Shown here: positions 21,582-29,879 of the stretch, piece after piece | How the letters are laid out: every line of letters begins with the position of its first letter | Position numbering within the stretch: the first letter of the stretch is position 1 | From: Gammaproteobacteria bacterium | GTDB taxonomy: Bacteria > Pseudomonadota > Gammaproteobacteria > Eutrophobiales > Eutrophobiaceae | DNA: 64,000 nucleotides | Direction of reading: 5' to 3' | NCBI GenBank assembly: GCA_965221695.1 | Contig: OZ244905.1 | Location: forward strand, 2,176,001-2,240,000 | Notes under the pieces: generated by a model | Told to the model about the DNA's origin: nothing | Seen by the model: the letters and a program-made list of their open reading frames with translations, nothing else | Databases searched by the model: none | Position numbers and translations under genes: made by a program

Positions 21582-23766
21582 GCGCCGGGGACTTTCGCCA
21601 ACGGCAGGCATATTGCCGACCGGCGGCCACGGTTCTGACGGCCGGGGGTTGCGATGGTTCAGGTCAACGCCGCGCGGAATTGCCGTACCCGCAGCCGCTC
21701 CAACAAATTCTGCGCCGGTTGGCCCGGCAATCAAGTCAGCGCCGCGCGGATTTATCCTGCCCGCGCTGGTAACCCTGCTCCTGTATGCGGGCGCGTCCAG
21801 CGCGTTGGAACCGCCGGCCCTGGAAGAGTTTGCGATGCTGCCGATGGTACGGGATGTGGATTTGTCCCCGTCCGGTGAGCATGTTGCCGTGATGCGCCTG
21901 CCCGGCCCCGGTCAGAACTATGTGGTGGATGTCTACGAGACCGCCCGACTTGATGAAGACCCGTATACCCTGGGCTCGGAACACATGGATATCGTCAGGG
22001 TCGACTGGGCCAATGACCGGCGCTTGCTAATCATCACGCGCCAGCCGGTGGAGGTGCCGGGACGGCGTGTTGGCTACAACAGGCACAGCGTCGGCGCGTC
22101 CGGCAAGGTAAAGACCTACGCGTGGAAGCTGCTGTCGGTAGGCATCGACGGCGGGCGCTGGGTCGAGTTGCCGAGCAAGTCCAATATTACCCGCTTCGCG
22201 TTCGAGACCTATGTGCAGCGTCTGTTCAGGCCCAGGATGATTTCGCGTCTTCCCAAGGAAGAGGATTGGGTGTTACTGGAGTGGGCCAATTCCGAGAAGA
22301 GTGGCACAGAGGTGTTTAAGGTGAACGTGAACAACGGCCAGGCGCGCCCGGAGTTCAAACACTCGGCGGACTTCCTCGGTTACGTGTTCGACAAAGAAGG
22401 AGACGCACGCGTACGCAGCCGCGCCAACCGGAACGACAATACCGTTACCCTGCAATTCCGCACCGGCATAGAAGGCGGCTGGAGCGATTGGACCGACTGG
22501 CTGACTTGGGACGTGGATGCGGATCGCTACGTGGAAGTCCTGGCTTTTGAGTCACCGGACTACAACAGGGCCTATGTACGCTGGGCCAGGGACCGTGACA
22601 CGCAAGGTATCTACCTGTTCGACATGAAGAATCCAGACGCGGAACCGGAGCTGCTGTTCGCAATCGACCGTTATGACGCCCAAGATGTTGTCGTCGCCTG
22701 TGTGTCGCAGGAGTGCGTGGATGGAGACGAGGACCCGCCAATAGTCGGGTTTTATTACGTGGGCGATGGCCCCAGCATTTACTATGTTGACGAGGCCGCC
22801 GCGGCCTTGCAGGCGTCCATTGACGCGGCGCTGCCGGCGGGCAATTTCAATCGCATTCATGACCGGGCGAAAGAGGACAAGTACATCATCATCCGCTCCA
22901 TGGGGCCGCAAGAGCCGGGCCGTTACTACCTGTTGGAGGACCGTTCCCGGCTGCGGTTGCTGGGCCGGGCATCCACGATAGAACCCGAACAGTTCGGCGA
23001 GCGCAAGGTCATCTGGTACGAGGCCCGCGACGGCATGAAGCTGAACGCGGTGCTGACCTTGCCCACCCACGGCGAACCGCCGTATCCGGCCATTGCCCAC
23101 CCGCACGGCGGCCCGCGCAGCCGCGATTCCCTGCACTGGAACTCGTCTTTCTGGGACGAGTGGCCACAATTGCTGGCGACCCGCGGCTACGCGGTGCTGC
23201 AACCCAACTACCGCGGCTCCACGGGCTTCGGTTTCGACTATTACAGCGCCGGGAACAAGGAGTGGGGTTACAAGATGCAGGACGATGTGGACGACGGCAT
23301 GCATTACCTGGTGGAACAGGGCATCGCCGACCCGGACAGGATGGCGATCTTCGGCTGGAGTTACGGCGGCTACTCGGCGATGGTAGGCGCGCTACGCGAT
23401 CCCAATATCTACCGCTGCGCGATCCCGGGCGCCGGGGTCAGCAGCATGGAGTTGATCGAGAAGGAAGCATGGCATTACCGGTTCCGGGACGTGATCCAGA
23501 TATGGCGCGGCGGACTGTCTCCGCTCCGCCATATGGACGCGGTGAATGTGCCCGTGCTGCTGGTGCACGGCGATCGCGACCTGATTGTGCCTATCAAGCA
23601 CAGCGACCTGTTTGCCCGGGAACTGGAAAAACGCGGCAAGCCCTACAAGTACCTGAAACTGGTGGACGCCGCACACACGGTCGACACCCTGAGCTACCGC
23701 CATTACCTGGAGTTCTACCGCACGCTGCTGGATTTTCTGGCCGATGATTGCGGGTTGCAAGGTTGA
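21487..23766 (+). CDS. S9 family (prolyl oligopeptidase-like) exported peptidase; true start probably a downstream TTG (~21613-21649)
   Basis: PHGGP, QPNYRGSTGFG, MQDDVDD, GWSYGGY nucleophile elbow, HGDRD and AAH catalytic residues. Confidence 0.92.
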   Translation: MSTTMSRLAPVTACSTAGSSLRSVMICPRCSERRGLSPTAGILPTGGHGSDGRGLRWFRSTPRGIAVPAAAPTNSAPVGPAIKSAPRGFILPALVTLLLYAGASSALEPPALEEFAMLPMVRDVDLSPSGEHVAVMRLPGPGQNYVVDVYETARLDEDPYTLGSEHMDIVRVDWANDRRLLIITRQPVEVPGRRVGYNRHSVGASGKVKTYAWKLLSVGIDGGRWVELPSKSNITRFAFETYVQRLFRPRMISRLPKEEDWVLLEWANSEKSGTEVFKVNVNNGQARPEFKHSADFLGYVFDKEGDARVRSRANRNDNTVTLQFRTGIEGGWSDWTDWLTWDVDADRYVEVLAFESPDYNRAYVRWARDRDTQGIYLFDMKNPDAEPELLFAIDRYDAQDVVVACVSQECVDGDEDPPIVGFYYVGDGPSIYYVDEAAAALQASIDAALPAGNFNRIHDRAKEDKYIIIRSMGPQEPGRYYLLEDRSRLRLLGRASTIEPEQFGERKVIWYEARDGMKLNAVLTLPTHGEPPYPAIAHPHGGPRSRDSLHWNSSFWDEWPQLLATRGYAVLQPNYRGSTGFGFDYYSAGNKEWGYKMQDDVDDGMHYLVEQGIADPDRMAIFGWSYGGYSAMVGALRDPNIYRCAIPGAGVSSMELIEKEAWHYRFRDVIQIWRGGLSPLRHMDAVNVPVLLVHGDRDLIVPIKHSDLFARELEKRGKPYKYLKLVDAAHTVDTLSYRHYLEFYRTLLDFLADDCGLQG

Positions 23767-23825
23767 CAGTCCAGGCCGCCGCGACACCCGGATACCGTGT
23801 CGCCCTTCGGGTGCCCCTTTATCCA

Positions 23826-23851
23826 CTGGATACCCGTTTCCACGGGAATGG
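23826..23851 (-). repeat. REP/dRS3-like palindrome (ATTCCC-N8-GGGWAT)
   Basis: Reverse complement reads CCATTCCCGTGGAAACGGGTATCCAG, near-identical to the copies at 57435 and 57621. Confidence 0.8.
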
Positions 23852-23958
23852 GGCGGGGGCGCGACCCGTTTCATCTGAGAACTTGGCTGCGACCCGGAAC
23901 CGCTTGTGTGCTAAACTAGGACTGGAGTGTAAACAGTCCGACAGCTCTTGAGCATGGT

Positions 23959-25083
23959 ATGAGCAGGGAACATCACATGCCGCCGGCTGGAGGCAGAGGT
24001 TCCGAAGAAATGCACAGTGTTGTAACCCCCCCGGATTTTCGGCTGCCGCCGGAACAGGTTCCCGAGACGGTTGTCGAACACCTCGCGAATGAGGAGCGGG
24101 ACGCGTGTATGCGTCAGATCAAGCGGCTGCTGCGGGAACAGAATGCCGTATTGGTCGCGCATTACTACACTGACCCGGATCTGCAACGGCTCGCGGATGA
24201 AACCGGCGGCCATGTATCCGATTCCCTGGATATGGCGCGCTTTGGCCACGAATCCGACGCGACCACGCTGGTCGTCTGCGGCGTGCGTTTCATGGGCGAG
24301 ACGGCAAAGATACTGAACCCGGAAAAACGGGTGCTGATGCCGGAACTGCAAGCTGATTGCTCCTTGGACCTGGGTTGCCCCGGTGACGCGTTCAACGCCT
24401 TTTGCGACAGCTATCCGGACCGTACCGTCGTGGTCTATGCCAATACCAGCGCCGCAGTGAAAGCGCGCGCCGACTGGATGGTCACGTCTGGCAGCGCGGT
24501 GGAAGTGGTCAGACACCTGGCGGAACAAGGAGAAAAAATCATCTGGGCGCCGGATAAGTACCTGGGCGAATATGTGCGTGAGCAATCCGGCGCGGACATG
24601 ATGTTATGGCAAGGTAGTTGCATCGTCCACGAGGAGTTCAAGGGCAGGGAGCTGGGAGAACTGAGACAAAAACACCCCGCCGCCAAGGTATTGGCGCACC
24701 CGGAATCACCGGCCCCGGTCATTGCCCAGGCCGACGTGGTCAGTTCCACCACGGGCATCATCAAGGCGGCGACCGAACTGGCGTCCGATACGTTCATTGT
24801 CGCAACCGATAAGGGCATCTTCTACAAGATGCAACAGGCCGCGCCGGACAAGACCTTTATCGAAGCGCCCACAGCCGGCCGGGGAGCCACCTGCAAAAGT
24901 TGCGGCCACTGCCCGTGGATGGCGATGAACAGCCTGACAAAGCTGCTGGAAACACTCCGTTCGGGCGCCAACGAGGTATTTGTCGAAAAGGAGATCATCG
25001 AACGCGCCCGCATACCGATAGAGCGGCTGCTGAACTTTGCCGCGCAACGCAAACAGGTCATCTACGGCAACAGCGACGCCTGA
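23959..25083 (+). CDS. nadA: Quinolinate synthase A
   Basis: [59 protein letters not shown]. Confidence 0.97.
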   Translation: MSREHHMPPAGGRGSEEMHSVVTPPDFRLPPEQVPETVVEHLANEERDACMRQIKRLLREQNAVLVAHYYTDPDLQRLADETGGHVSDSLDMARFGHESDATTLVVCGVRFMGETAKILNPEKRVLMPELQADCSLDLGCPGDAFNAFCDSYPDRTVVVYANTSAAVKARADWMVTSGSAVEVVRHLAEQGEKIIWAPDKYLGEYVREQSGADMMLWQGSCIVHEEFKGRELGELRQKHPAAKVLAHPESPAPVIAQADVVSSTTGIIKAATELASDTFIVATDKGIFYKMQQAAPDKTFIEAPTAGRGATCKSCGHCPWMAMNSLTKLLETLRSGANEVFVEKEIIERARIPIERLLNFAAQRKQVIYGNSDA

Positions 25084-25125
25084 CCCAAGCGTCATAATCG
25101 CACCGCCCAGATTTTTTCCGTTTTT

Positions 25126-25141
25126 TGTGAGTTTTATCACA
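25126..25141. promoter_or_regulatory. Perfect CRP/FNR-superfamily box TGTGA-N6-TCACA
   Basis: TTTTTGTGA GTTTTA TCACAAAAA; centre 25133.5 is -61.5 from a putative TSS at A25195. Confidence 0.7.
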
Positions 25142-25159
25142 AAAACGCGAAAGTTTTCT

Positions 25160-25188
25160 TTGCCGAACAGAACATCTTTTCTCAGAAT
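25160..25188 (+). promoter_or_regulatory. Putative weak sigma70 promoter for the tRNA-like pair (sense strand)
   Basis: TTGCCG (25160-65), 17-bp spacer, CAGAAT (25183-88). Confidence 0.5.
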
Positions 25189-25196
25189 GGGCTGAT

Positions 25197-25227
25197 AAAA
25201 AACCCGTCCCCCTAAGGAGACGGGTTT
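25197..25227 (-). terminator. Intrinsic terminator of antisense unit 1 (possibly weakly bidirectional)
   Basis: CCCGTC/GACGGG GC stem followed by T6 on the minus strand; TTTATTCT on the plus strand. Confidence 0.8.
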
Positions 25228-25232
25228 ATTCT

Positions 25233-25335
25233 GCCCAGGTGGTGAAATCGGCAAACACAGGGGACTGCCACTCCCCCGGCCTCTGTAGCGAAACCTACAT
25301 GCCTTACGGGTTCGAGCCCCGTCCTGGGCACACCA
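25233..25335 (+). tRNA. Non-canonical tRNA: tRNA-Leu-type body, anticodon GCC (Gly), 29-nt variable region, ACACCA 3' end
   Basis: Acceptor GCCCAGG/CCTGGGC; D-arm GTG..CAC with GG; anticodon stem GGGGA/TCCCC, loop CT-GCC-AC; T-arm ACGGG-TTCGAGC-CCCGT. Confidence 0.8.
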
Positions 25336-25350
25336 TAGGCGCCAACAGCC

Positions 25351-25379
25351 ATTATCGTGGCCGGCGCAGGACTTGTCAA
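25351..25379 (-). promoter_or_regulatory. Sigma70 promoter, antisense to tRNA-like unit 1
   Basis: Minus strand reads TTGACA AGTCCTGCGCCGGCCAC GATAAT (17-bp spacer). Confidence 0.8.
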
Positions 25380-25385
25380 TATGAT

Positions 25386-25417
25386 AAAAAAACCCGTCCC
25401 CCGAAAGGGACGGGTTT
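25386..25417 (-). terminator. Intrinsic terminator of antisense unit 2
   Basis: CCCGTCCC/GGGACGGG stem followed by T7 on the minus strand. Confidence 0.82.
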
Positions 25418-25422
25418 ATTCT

Positions 25423-25525
25423 GCCCAGGTGGTGAAAACGGTAAACACAGGGGACTGTCACTCCCCCGGCCTCTGTAGTCAGACCTACATGCCTTACGGG
25501 TTCGAGCCCCGTCCTGGGCACACCA
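25423..25525 (+). tRNA. Non-canonical tRNA: tRNA-Leu-type body, anticodon GUC (Asp), 29-nt variable region, ACACCA 3' end
   Basis: Same stems as copy 1; anticodon loop CT-GTC-AC (25455-25461). Confidence 0.8.
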
Positions 25526-25540
25526 TAGGCGCCAACAGCC

Positions 25541-25569
25541 ATTATCGTAGCCGTACAGGGGGCTGTCAA
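25541..25569 (-). promoter_or_regulatory. Sigma70 promoter, antisense to tRNA-like unit 2
   Basis: Minus strand reads TTGACA GCCCCCTGTACGGCTAC GATAAT (17-bp spacer). Confidence 0.8.
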
Positions 25570-25679
25570 CAACATTTCGCGTACAGAAATCCGCGCGCAA
25601 TATATCAAGATATGCGTCTGCCCTGACTTGAATTATAAAACCATAAATGGGAACATTCCGTTAAAACCCGGAAAGAGAT

Positions 25680-26426
25680 ATGGCAGGACACAGCAAGTGG
25701 GCGAACATCCAGCATCGCAAGGGCCGACAGGACGCCAAGCGAGGTAAATTATTCAGCAGGTTGATCCGCGAGGTCACGGTATCCGCCCGGCTCGGCGGCC
25801 CCGACCCGGACGGTAACCCGAGGTTGCGCGCGGCCATCGACAATGCGCTGGCCGGCAACATGCCCAAGGACACCATCGAACGGGCTGTGAAGCGCGGCGC
25901 GGGCGGCGCGGAAGGCGAAAGCCTGGAAGAAGTGCGCTACGAAGGATACGGACCGGGCGGGGTCGCGGTAATGGTTGATTGCATGACTGACAACCGTAAC
26001 CGCACTGTCGCTGAGGTGCGGCACGCCTTCTCCAAATGTGGCGGCAATCTTGGCACTGACGGTTCCGTCGCATACCTGTTTTCCAAGGTTGGGCAGCTTT
26101 CCTACCCGTCTGGCACCGATGATGACGCCTTGTTGGAGGCTGCGTTGGAAGCGGGCGCGGAGGATATTGCAAACAATGATGACGGAACCGTTGACGTCTT
26201 GACCACACCGGAAGACTTTCTCGACGTCAGGGACAGCTTGGTTGAGACAGGTTTCCCGCCCGATGCCGCAGAGGTAACGATGCGCGCGGCAACCGGGCAG
26301 ACGCTGGACTTGCGTGGCGCGCAGACCATGACGTTGCTACTGGACACGCTGGAAGACCTGAACGATGTGCAGAAAGTGTATTCCAACGCGGATATTCCCG
26401 ATGAAATCCTGGCCCAGCTTGATTGA
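25680..26426 (+). CDS. yebC: YebC/PmpR family protein
   Basis: [33 protein letters not shown]. Confidence 0.98.
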   Translation: MAGHSKWANIQHRKGRQDAKRGKLFSRLIREVTVSARLGGPDPDGNPRLRAAIDNALAGNMPKDTIERAVKRGAGGAEGESLEEVRYEGYGPGGVAVMVDCMTDNRNRTVAEVRHAFSKCGGNLGTDGSVAYLFSKVGQLSYPSGTDDDALLEAALEAGAEDIANNDDGTVDVLTTPEDFLDVRDSLVETGFPPDAAEVTMRAATGQTLDLRGAQTMTLLLDTLEDLNDVQKVYSNADIPDEILAQLD

Positions 26427-26472
26427 CTGTGGAACTGGCGCGCGCCAGGCGGCGCGCAAACGTTGACAACCC

Positions 26473-27018
26473 ATGACTGATACCGGCGTCAGGCGCGAAA
26501 CGATACGAATTCTCGGCATTGACCCCGGGTCTTTGCATACCGGGTACGGTCTCATCGACATGGACGGAAATCGGGCCGTGCATGTCGCGCACGGCCAGAT
26601 AACAACCCAGGCAGGAGAGTTGTCCGATAAACTGCGTCAGATCTTCCGCGGCATCAGCTCGGCAATCAGCGAATTCGAGCCGGACGAATGCGCGGTGGAA
26701 AAAGTCTTCATGTATCGCAATGCCGATTCGGCGCTGAAACTGGGACAGTCGCGCGGCGCCGCCATCACCGTTTGCGCCGAGCGTAACCTGCCAGTGTTTG
26801 AATATACGGCCAACCAGGTCAAACAGGCCACCGTGGGCAAAGGTCATGCGGAGAAAGCTCAGGTGCAATACATGGTCAAAGTCCTGTTATGCCTGGCCAG
26901 CATTCCCCAGTCGGATGCCGCGGACGCGCTGGCGGTCGCCCTGTGCCATGGGCATTCGCGGGAGAACCTGTTGCGCCTCAAGCAAGTTTCAACGGCCCGG
27001 CCGGGACGCTCCCTGTGA
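26473..27018 (+). CDS. ruvC: Holliday junction resolvase
   Basis: ILGIDPGS..TGYG, SALKLGQSRG, DAADALAVALCH. Confidence 0.97.
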   Translation: MTDTGVRRETIRILGIDPGSLHTGYGLIDMDGNRAVHVAHGQITTQAGELSDKLRQIFRGISSAISEFEPDECAVEKVFMYRNADSALKLGQSRGAAITVCAERNLPVFEYTANQVKQATVGKGHAEKAQVQYMVKVLLCLASIPQSDAADALAVALCHGHSRENLLRLKQVSTARPGRSL

Positions 27019-27629
27019 TCGGTTTTTTGCGCGGCAGGATAGTGACAAAACAACCGCCAGGATTGCTCCTGGATGTGCATGGGATTGGCTACGAACTGGA
27101 GGCGTCGATGAATACGTTCTACCAGTTGCCGGACCCAGGCGAGGAAGTCGAACTCCTGACTCACCTGTCGGTACGAGAAGATTCCCATACTCTGTACGGC
27201 TTCAGCAGCGAGGATGAGCGCGGCCTGTTCCGCGCGCTGATCAAGGTCAATGGGGTGGGAGCCAAAATGGCGTTGACGATCCTATCGGGAATCAGCGCGG
27301 CGGAGTTCGGAGATTGTATCGAAATGGGCGATGCGGTCCGGCTTCAGCGTCTGCCGGGCGTGGGAAAAAAGACCGCGCAGCGGCTCATTGTGGAACTGCG
27401 CGACCGTCCGGATGACTGGCGCATCGCCGGCGCGCCTGGTAAGGATGCCGACGGACCCCGTTCCAGGGCTGTTGACCCGGTCAACGAGGCGGTAAGCGCC
27501 TTGATTACCCTGGGCTACAGGCCCCAGGAGGCCAGTCGCATGGCGCTTCGGGCTGCTGAGGATATGGGCGCCGACGATATGAATAGCGAAGCCCTGATCC
27601 GCTCTGCCTTGAAGGCCGCGCTGATGTGA
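27015..27629 (+). CDS. ruvA: Holliday junction branch migration protein RuvA
   Basis: GTG start overlapping the ruvC stop; [25 protein letters not shown]. Confidence 0.96.
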   Translation: MIGFLRGRIVTKQPPGLLLDVHGIGYELEASMNTFYQLPDPGEEVELLTHLSVREDSHTLYGFSSEDERGLFRALIKVNGVGAKMALTILSGISAAEFGDCIEMGDAVRLQRLPGVGKKTAQRLIVELRDRPDDWRIAGAPGKDADGPRSRAVDPVNEAVSALITLGYRPQEASRMALRAAEDMGADDMNSEALIRSALKAALM

Positions 27630-27643
27630 AAGCGGGCGCGAGT

Positions 27644-28696
27644 ATGAGCGAACCCAATCCGGTTATTTCAGCGCGCAGCTCAGCGGAAGACGTCGCCGCG
27701 GAAAATACCTTGCGGCCGCGCCGTCTCAGCGATTATCGCGGCCAGCCCGTGGCGCGCGAACAGATGGAAATTTTCGTCAGCGCCGCCAGACAACGATCCG
27801 AGGCCATGGATCACGTGCTGATTTTCGGTCCTCCCGGCCTTGGAAAAACGACCCTGGCGCATATTATTGCCAATGAACTGGGCGTGAACTTGCGCCAGAC
27901 TTCAGGCCCGGTGCTGGAACGCCCCGGCGACCTGGCGGCGCTGCTGACCAACCTGGAACACAGAGATGTGTTGTTTATCGACGAAATTCACCGATTGAGC
28001 CCGGTGGTGGAGGAGATTCTCTACCCGGCGATGGAGGATTACCAGATAGACATCATGATCGGAGAAGGGCCGGCGGCGCGGGCCATCAAACTGGATGTCC
28101 CGCACTTTACGCTGGTCGGCGCCACCACTCGGGCGGGCCTGCTGACGTCCCCCCTGCGCGACCGTTTCGGCATCGTGCAGAGACTGGAGTTTTATTCCAT
28201 TGAAGACCTGGCCGATATCGTGATGCGTTCAGCGAAAATCCTGGGTGTGCCTACGGTCCCGGCGGGCGCCAGCGCTATCGCCGCCCGCGCCCGCGGGACA
28301 CCGCGAATTGCCAATCGCCTGTTGCGTCGGGCGCGTGATTACAGCGAAGTCAAGGAGGACGGCAGCATCAGCGAAGCGACCGCTTCCCGCGCCTTGGATA
28401 TGCTGAATGTAGACGGCTCCGGGTTTGACATGATGGATCGCAAATTGCTGCTGGCCATCATAGAGAAATTCGACGGCGGGCCGGTAGGGATAGACAGCAT
28501 TGCCGCGGCGCTGGGAGAAGTCAAGGATACGATAGAAGACGTCATAGAACCTTATCTGATACAACAGGGCTTCATAATACGCACGGCCCGCGGCCGCATG
28601 GCAACCCGACATGCCTGGACACATTTCGGCCTGCCCGTGCCGAAAAGTCGAATGGTTGAGGAGGATTTATTTGATCAAATCGACACGGATGGATAA
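27644..28696 (+). CDS. ruvB: Holliday junction helicase RuvB
   Basis: [38 protein letters not shown]. Confidence 0.98.
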   Translation: MSEPNPVISARSSAEDVAAENTLRPRRLSDYRGQPVAREQMEIFVSAARQRSEAMDHVLIFGPPGLGKTTLAHIIANELGVNLRQTSGPVLERPGDLAALLTNLEHRDVLFIDEIHRLSPVVEEILYPAMEDYQIDIMIGEGPAARAIKLDVPHFTLVGATTRAGLLTSPLRDRFGIVQRLEFYSIEDLADIVMRSAKILGVPTVPAGASAIAARARGTPRIANRLLRRARDYSEVKEDGSISEATASRALDMLNVDGSGFDMMDRKLLLAIIEKFDGGPVGIDSIAAALGEVKDTIEDVIEPYLIQQGFIIRTARGRMATRHAWTHFGLPVPKSRMVEEDLFDQIDTDG

Positions 28697-28762
28697 TCTT
28701 AACGGCGTTACAACGTTACAGACAAAACCCCATGCCCCAATCAATCATTACGGACTCTAATC

Positions 28763-29437
28763 ATGACTCCTGACATGTCTTTTTTTCACCTGATTGTCAA
28801 TGCCAGTATTCCGGTACAGGCAGTCATGCTCATGCTCGTCGTCGCTTCCATCATGTCCTGGACGATGATATTCAAAAAACGCGTCACGCTGAACCAGGCC
28901 AAGCGCGCAGCCGACGCATTCGAGGAGCAATTCTGGTCGCTGGATGAGTTGACCCCCCTGTATGAGCGCATTAATCGGCAGCGCCATGAAGCCAGCGGTA
29001 TGGAACTCCTGTTTGAGGCCGGCTTCAGGGAGTTTGTGCGCCTCCAGAAAAACAGCGGCGTGGTCGCGGAGGCGATCATGGAAGGGTCGCAGCGCGCGAT
29101 GCGGGTTGCGCTCAACAGAGAACTTGAAGAGTTGGAGGCGCACCTGTCATTTCTTGCCACCGTGGGCTCAACCAGTCCCTATGTGGGCCTGTTCGGCACG
29201 GTATGGGGCATCATGAACAGTTTCCGCGCGCTGGGGAATGTGCAGCAAGCGTCGATTTCAATGGTGGCGCCAGGCATTGCCGAGGCCTTGATCGCGACGG
29301 CAATGGGCTTGTTTGCCGCAATCCCGGCGGTGATAGCCTATAATCGCTTTTCCAATGACGTGGAACGGTTAATCAACCGCTACGATACGTTTATTGAAGA
29401 GTTTTCTGCGATACTCCATCGCCAGGCGCACGGTTGA
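28763..29437 (+). CDS. tolQ: TolQ
   Basis: LATVGSTSPYVGLFGTVWGIM, VAPGIAEALIATA.GLFAAIPAV. Confidence 0.97.
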   Translation: MTPDMSFFHLIVNASIPVQAVMLMLVVASIMSWTMIFKKRVTLNQAKRAADAFEEQFWSLDELTPLYERINRQRHEASGMELLFEAGFREFVRLQKNSGVVAEAIMEGSQRAMRVALNRELEELEAHLSFLATVGSTSPYVGLFGTVWGIMNSFRALGNVQQASISMVAPGIAEALIATAMGLFAAIPAVIAYNRFSNDVERLINRYDTFIEEFSAILHRQAHG

Positions 29438-29444
29438 AGCGGCT

Positions 29445-29873
29445 ATGATGCGTTCCCGAATCCGCAAACGCCCCATGTCCGAGATCAACGTTGTGCCCTA
29501 TATCGACGTGATGCTGGTATTGCTGATCATCTTCATGATCACGGCGCCGCTGCTCAGCCAGGGAGTAAAGATAGATCTGCCGCAAGTCCCCTCGGAACCA
29601 TTGCCGGCCAGCGACAGCGACCCTGTGATCATCAGTGTGGATGTGGCGGGTAACTTTTTCATCAATTACGGAGAGAATCAGGATCAGCCTGTCTCGCCCG
29701 AGGTTCTGGTGAACAGAGTTAGCGCGTTGGTTAAATACCGCCCCAAGCTCCCGGTGCTGGTAAAAGGAGATACAGATGTGAATTACGGGCGCGTGGTTCA
29801 GGCTATGGCGCTGCTGCAAGGCTCTGGCGTGAAAGGCATAGGATTGATCACCGAACCGCCGCCGGAACAATGA
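29445..29873 (+). CDS. tolR: TolR
   Basis: SEINVVPYIDVMLVLLIIFMITAP. Confidence 0.97.
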   Translation: MMRSRIRKRPMSEINVVPYIDVMLVLLIIFMITAPLLSQGVKIDLPQVPSEPLPASDSDPVIISVDVAGNFFINYGENQDQPVSPEVLVNRVSALVKYRPKLPVLVKGDTDVNYGRVVQAMALLQGSGVKGIGLITEPPPEQ

Positions 29874-29879
29874 TATGCC

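Larger units (their letters stand above)
25197..25344 (-). ncRNA. Predicted ~150-nt antisense (anti-tRNA) RNA, unit 1
   Basis: Bounded by a minus-strand TTGACA-N17-GATAAT promoter and a hairpin-U6 terminator. Confidence 0.65.
25386..25534 (-). ncRNA. Predicted ~150-nt antisense (anti-tRNA) RNA, unit 2
   Basis: Bounded by a minus-strand TTGACA-N17-GATAAT promoter and a hairpin-U7 terminator. Confidence 0.65.
25193..25569. repeat. Tandem duplication, two units with a 190-bp period
   Basis: CTGCCCAGGT at 25231 and 25421; units differ almost only in loops and promoter spacers. Confidence 0.97.

Noticed and set aside
23767-23958. NAD-related riboswitch upstream of nadA
   Set aside because: The structure is explained by a REP copy and small hairpins; no recognisable aptamer.
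25455-25461. Reading UCA (Sec/opal) in copy 2 and CCA (Trp) in copy 1 as anticodons
   Set aside because: The GGGGA/TCCCC stem fixes a 7-nt loop with U33, placing GUC and GCC at 34-36; TCA and CCA fall at 35-37. There is also no selC-type long D stem or G73.
25193-25569. CRISPR array or prophage att-site duplication
   Set aside because: Only two long units with no repeat-spacer pattern and no cas or integrase gene nearby; both copies are full-length cloverleaves, not 3' tRNA fragments.
24706-25626. ORFs overlapping the tRNA-like repeats (24706-25608 minus, 25239-25478, 25357-25626, and minus-strand MVCPGRGSNP)
   Set aside because: They are translations of structured RNA, cross terminators, lack SD sequences and show no protein motifs.
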